Below, in pieces: positions 61,309-64,000 of a stretch of DNA of 64,000 bases. A program made the translations under genes and the position numbers. The notes under the pieces were generated by a model. That model was not told the DNA's origin. It was given only the letters and a program-made list of their open reading frames with translations, and made no database searches. Source of the stretch: an uncultured delta proteobacterium (GTDB lineage Bacteria; Desulfobacterota; Syntrophorhabdia; Syntrophorhabdales; WCHB1-27); contig CAVVNC010000011.1 of NCBI GenBank assembly GCA_963749525.1, forward strand, positions 5,450 to 69,449. Reading direction: 5' to 3'. Every line of letters starts with the position of its first letter. Within the stretch, counting starts at the first letter, position 1.

Positions 61309-61900
61309 ATATCTACGGGTCGCTTTCGCGTGGGCGTGAGCTACCCTAACCGGGTCTTCCGCGAAAAAAATGCAGGGTTGGCCTGTTGAGTTCTTTGACA
61401 ATCGAAACTAAAGATAGGCGCAGCCGATGAGGGTGAAGAAGACAGTCGGCCTTGAGAAAGGACACCCCGCTGGTTTTTTCAAAACCGTCAGATTTCGTCA
61501 GATTTCGTTAAGTAGGCACCACATCTTATGGTGCCATACCCTTGGTAATGGCGGAAGATGGCCAATGTGACGGCTCATGATGGTTATATATCAATGATCA
61601 TAGCATGGCATTGTGGCTCTGGTGGTTGCTACTAAAGGAAAGTAGCCATCACGGGAAAAGAGGGTCGGTCATCTGAAAAGTCCCTGAAACTGCGCCGGAG
61701 AGTCCACTTATTGCGTTCTTTTGACCTCGCACCTACCGCCTAGTGCCAGGGCAACTTTGGAGACATAGGGCGGATAACGGGCTCAACCCTTGACAGCGGA
61801 CAAACAAATGGCCCAACTTGTTTAAATTAAACGATTTTCCGGTCAGTCTACTAATCCATCCTGTCCTCGGTCAAGGGCTGATCCCGGTCTCTTTCGTCCC

Positions 61901-62521
61901 TTACTTTGCCTTGCCGCCGCCCGGTTTGTAGAATTCCATATCCTCGATCGTGACGGTTCTGATAAACTCCTTGGCCCATTCCGGGTTCGATCTTTTGTCG
62001 TGGAAATACAATGCGCCGCCCGTGGGGTCCCTTAGTTCCCGGTTGAGAGCCTTGCGTGCGATTTCTTTCGCAACCGCGTAGCTCTTTTCATCTTGTGCCG
62101 AGTCCAGGCGTTTACTGCACCACCAGGAGAACTGGCAGGCGTGCTGCTCCTGTCCCTGCTTGACGATGCCGCAGAGCGTATCGGGGAAGCCCTCCTGGCC
62201 GAGGCGGTTCATGACCACGCTGGCGACGGCTTCCATGACGGCAACAGCCGTGTTCCTCGCTTCCCAATAAATGGTACGGGCAAGACACGTGATGGCGTCA
62301 TCGAGAGGCTCTTTGCCCTTGGGATCGACCGCCTGAGCCTCCGTTTTTGTAATGGTCTCACTCGGTGGTGTTTTGGTTCCTTCGACCACGGCCTTCTCCG
62401 CAACGGCGGCCTTGCTCTTCGCCGTCTCCTCTTTCTTTGCCTCGTCGTCGGCGCTCGCGAGGCCCACCACGAGAAAGAACGCAAATACAGAGACCGCTGT
62501 CAAGACCCGTAGTCTCACCAT
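61901..62521 (-). CDS. Cell wall hydrolase (SleB/Hydrolase_2), exported
   Basis: CLARTIYWEAR, VVMNR, CQFSWWC, DPTGGALYFH. Confidence 0.92.
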   Translation of the reverse strand: MVRLRVLTAVSVFAFFLVVGLASADDEAKKEETAKSKAAVAEKAVVEGTKTPPSETITKTEAQAVDPKGKEPLDDAITCLARTIYWEARNTAVAVMEAVASVVMNRLGQEGFPDTLCGIVKQGQEQHACQFSWWCSKRLDSAQDEKSYAVAKEIARKALNRELRDPTGGALYFHDKRSNPEWAKEFIRTVTIEDMEFYKPGGGKAK

Positions 62522-62953
62522 CGTTTCTCTTTCATAAACCCGCAAGAATTCGTACCCATGTTGAAACGTAGTTCCCTAACCTCCATTAAGCAAAGGGATT
62601 TAGGCAAGATAAAGGTTCCGCCGCGCTGGCTTCCACCGACTCGAAAACAGATTGGACTACGCGACTCCGGGTGATCAAACGCCCGGCCCGGCTTGTTGGG
62701 CGGCGAAACACGGCGAGAAAGACCCACGCCCTGCCCATCGACCAGGAATCCGGCATGCCGAAGGAATGCTCAGACGGTGTTCTCGATTGCAATTGCTTCG
62801 TCCGCCTTCATCACCAACGGGTCGGATACGCCGGTGCTCCTTGAGCTTGCGCGGCGCAGTCCTCGATGCTACCATGTACGGGCAAAGGTGGGAGGCATGG
62901 TGGAACCTGCACACAGAGACGCCAGTACCCCACAGATATCAGGATCCACGGGT

Positions 62954-63799
62954 ATGGATGAGTTCGAGGTCTTGGCCCACGGCCTCTTCTCGAGGACGGC
63001 CGTCTCCGTGGAATACCGGCCGGGACGCTCCTTTCGGGAGCCATCCGCAGAGGCCCTCATCGACCGGGTATGGCACACCTACCTGCGCACCAGCAGCGAC
63101 GCGGGCATCACGGTGTACAACGGCGCCCTCTTCGGCCTTGACAGCTTCGAGCGGACCGATGACCTTCTACGCCTTAGGCTCTCGGACACCGACTTTCGCG
63201 ACTGCATCGGCACGGCAAGCGCTGAATTCACGTCTGCCTTCCCTGACCTCCCCCGTGCAAACCTTCTCGCAGCATCAGTGGCGCTCGTCACCGGCGATGG
63301 TAAGATCATCATCGAGAAGAGGAGTCGTGTCGATTCGCGGCGCCGAGCGTACCACGTCATCGCCGGGTATATGGAACGGGAGAGAGACGGTAGCGAGCCA
63401 CACCCCTTCGATACCCTCAAAAGGGAGGCGCGCGAGGAGTTGGGCGTCGACCTTGAGGAGGCCCACCTCTCAGCCACCGGGCTCGTCTGTGCCCTCTATG
63501 GCTCGGAGGTCTGCTTCCGCTGCCGTTTGGCCCTATCCTTTGACGATGTCCTAGGGATACAGGCCGGTTTGGGTTCGGACTCCGAGATCGAGACGCTCGA
63601 GGCTCTCGATGACTCTTCGGATGCCGTCGCCGCATTCCTCAGGGCCCACCCCGCGGACCTCGCGCCGCCCGGGAGAGCATGCCTTCTCCTGTACGGCCGC
63701 GAGGCATACGGAGAGGAGTGGTACGAAGCGGCGCGGGGAGCAAAGGGGGTAGAACCATCCAGAGGCACGTCCGCCAGGAAGTCCTCGACGATATGCTGA
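62954..63799 (+). CDS. NUDIX-like hydrolase
   Basis: YNG; AGYME...KREAREELGV Nudix box. Confidence 0.75.
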   Translation: MDEFEVLAHGLFSRTAVSVEYRPGRSFREPSAEALIDRVWHTYLRTSSDAGITVYNGALFGLDSFERTDDLLRLRLSDTDFRDCIGTASAEFTSAFPDLPRANLLAASVALVTGDGKIIIEKRSRVDSRRRAYHVIAGYMERERDGSEPHPFDTLKREAREELGVDLEEAHLSATGLVCALYGSEVCFRCRLALSFDDVLGIQAGLGSDSEIETLEALDDSSDAVAAFLRAHPADLAPPGRACLLLYGREAYGEEWYEAARGAKGVEPSRGTSARKSSTIC

Positions 63800-64000
63800 A
63801 GACGGCAGTAGCTCCTTCGGCGAAACGGGATATCAAGACCCGTCAGCAGCTTATGGAACGCTCCTTTGCCCGGGCCACGCGCTTCGGGTTTGATCGAGCG
63901 CGCTGGCGGGGGCTATGGAAGATAGCTATCCAGGAGTACCTTGTATCAGCTATTCAAAACATCGAGACACTGACCCGGTATGGAAGGAAACCGACGAAGG

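Noticed and set aside
61213-61535. NrdR boxes (GCACTATATGTGG, CACCACATCTTATGG)
   Set aside because: Weak matches, not tandem, and no ribonucleotide reductase gene adjacent

Overview
GC-rich chromosomal window from an anaerobic bacterium. The gene content (AOR, hydantoinase/oxoprolinase pair, PAS-rich kinases, DUF169, acyl-CoA dehydrogenase) suggests a Syntrophorhabdus-like deltaproteobacterium; this is inference only. About 50 genes are recognisable. At least a dozen carry single-base frameshifts typical of long-read assembly error. I found no rRNA, tRNA or CRISPR array. One complete DDE insertion sequence is present (48901-50582, 17-bp TIRs, CTAG duplication). Main observations: (1) an exported rhodanese selenoprotein (YCA-U) that the ORF track truncates at an in-frame TGA followed by a bacterial-SECIS-like hairpin; (2) a CstA transporter, a small conserved protein and two single-domain ArsA/Get3 ATPases with complementary defects in their catalytic motifs, divergent from a second CstA; (3) a nested, modular family of non-coding palindromic repeats present in empty, singly filled and doubly filled states; (4) a three-DnaA-box cluster plus IHF site resembling the E. 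coli DARS core; (5) an ArsS-type radical SAM/glycosyltransferase cluster; (6) a 930-bp tandem SDR duplication whose coding copies differ only by synonymous changes.
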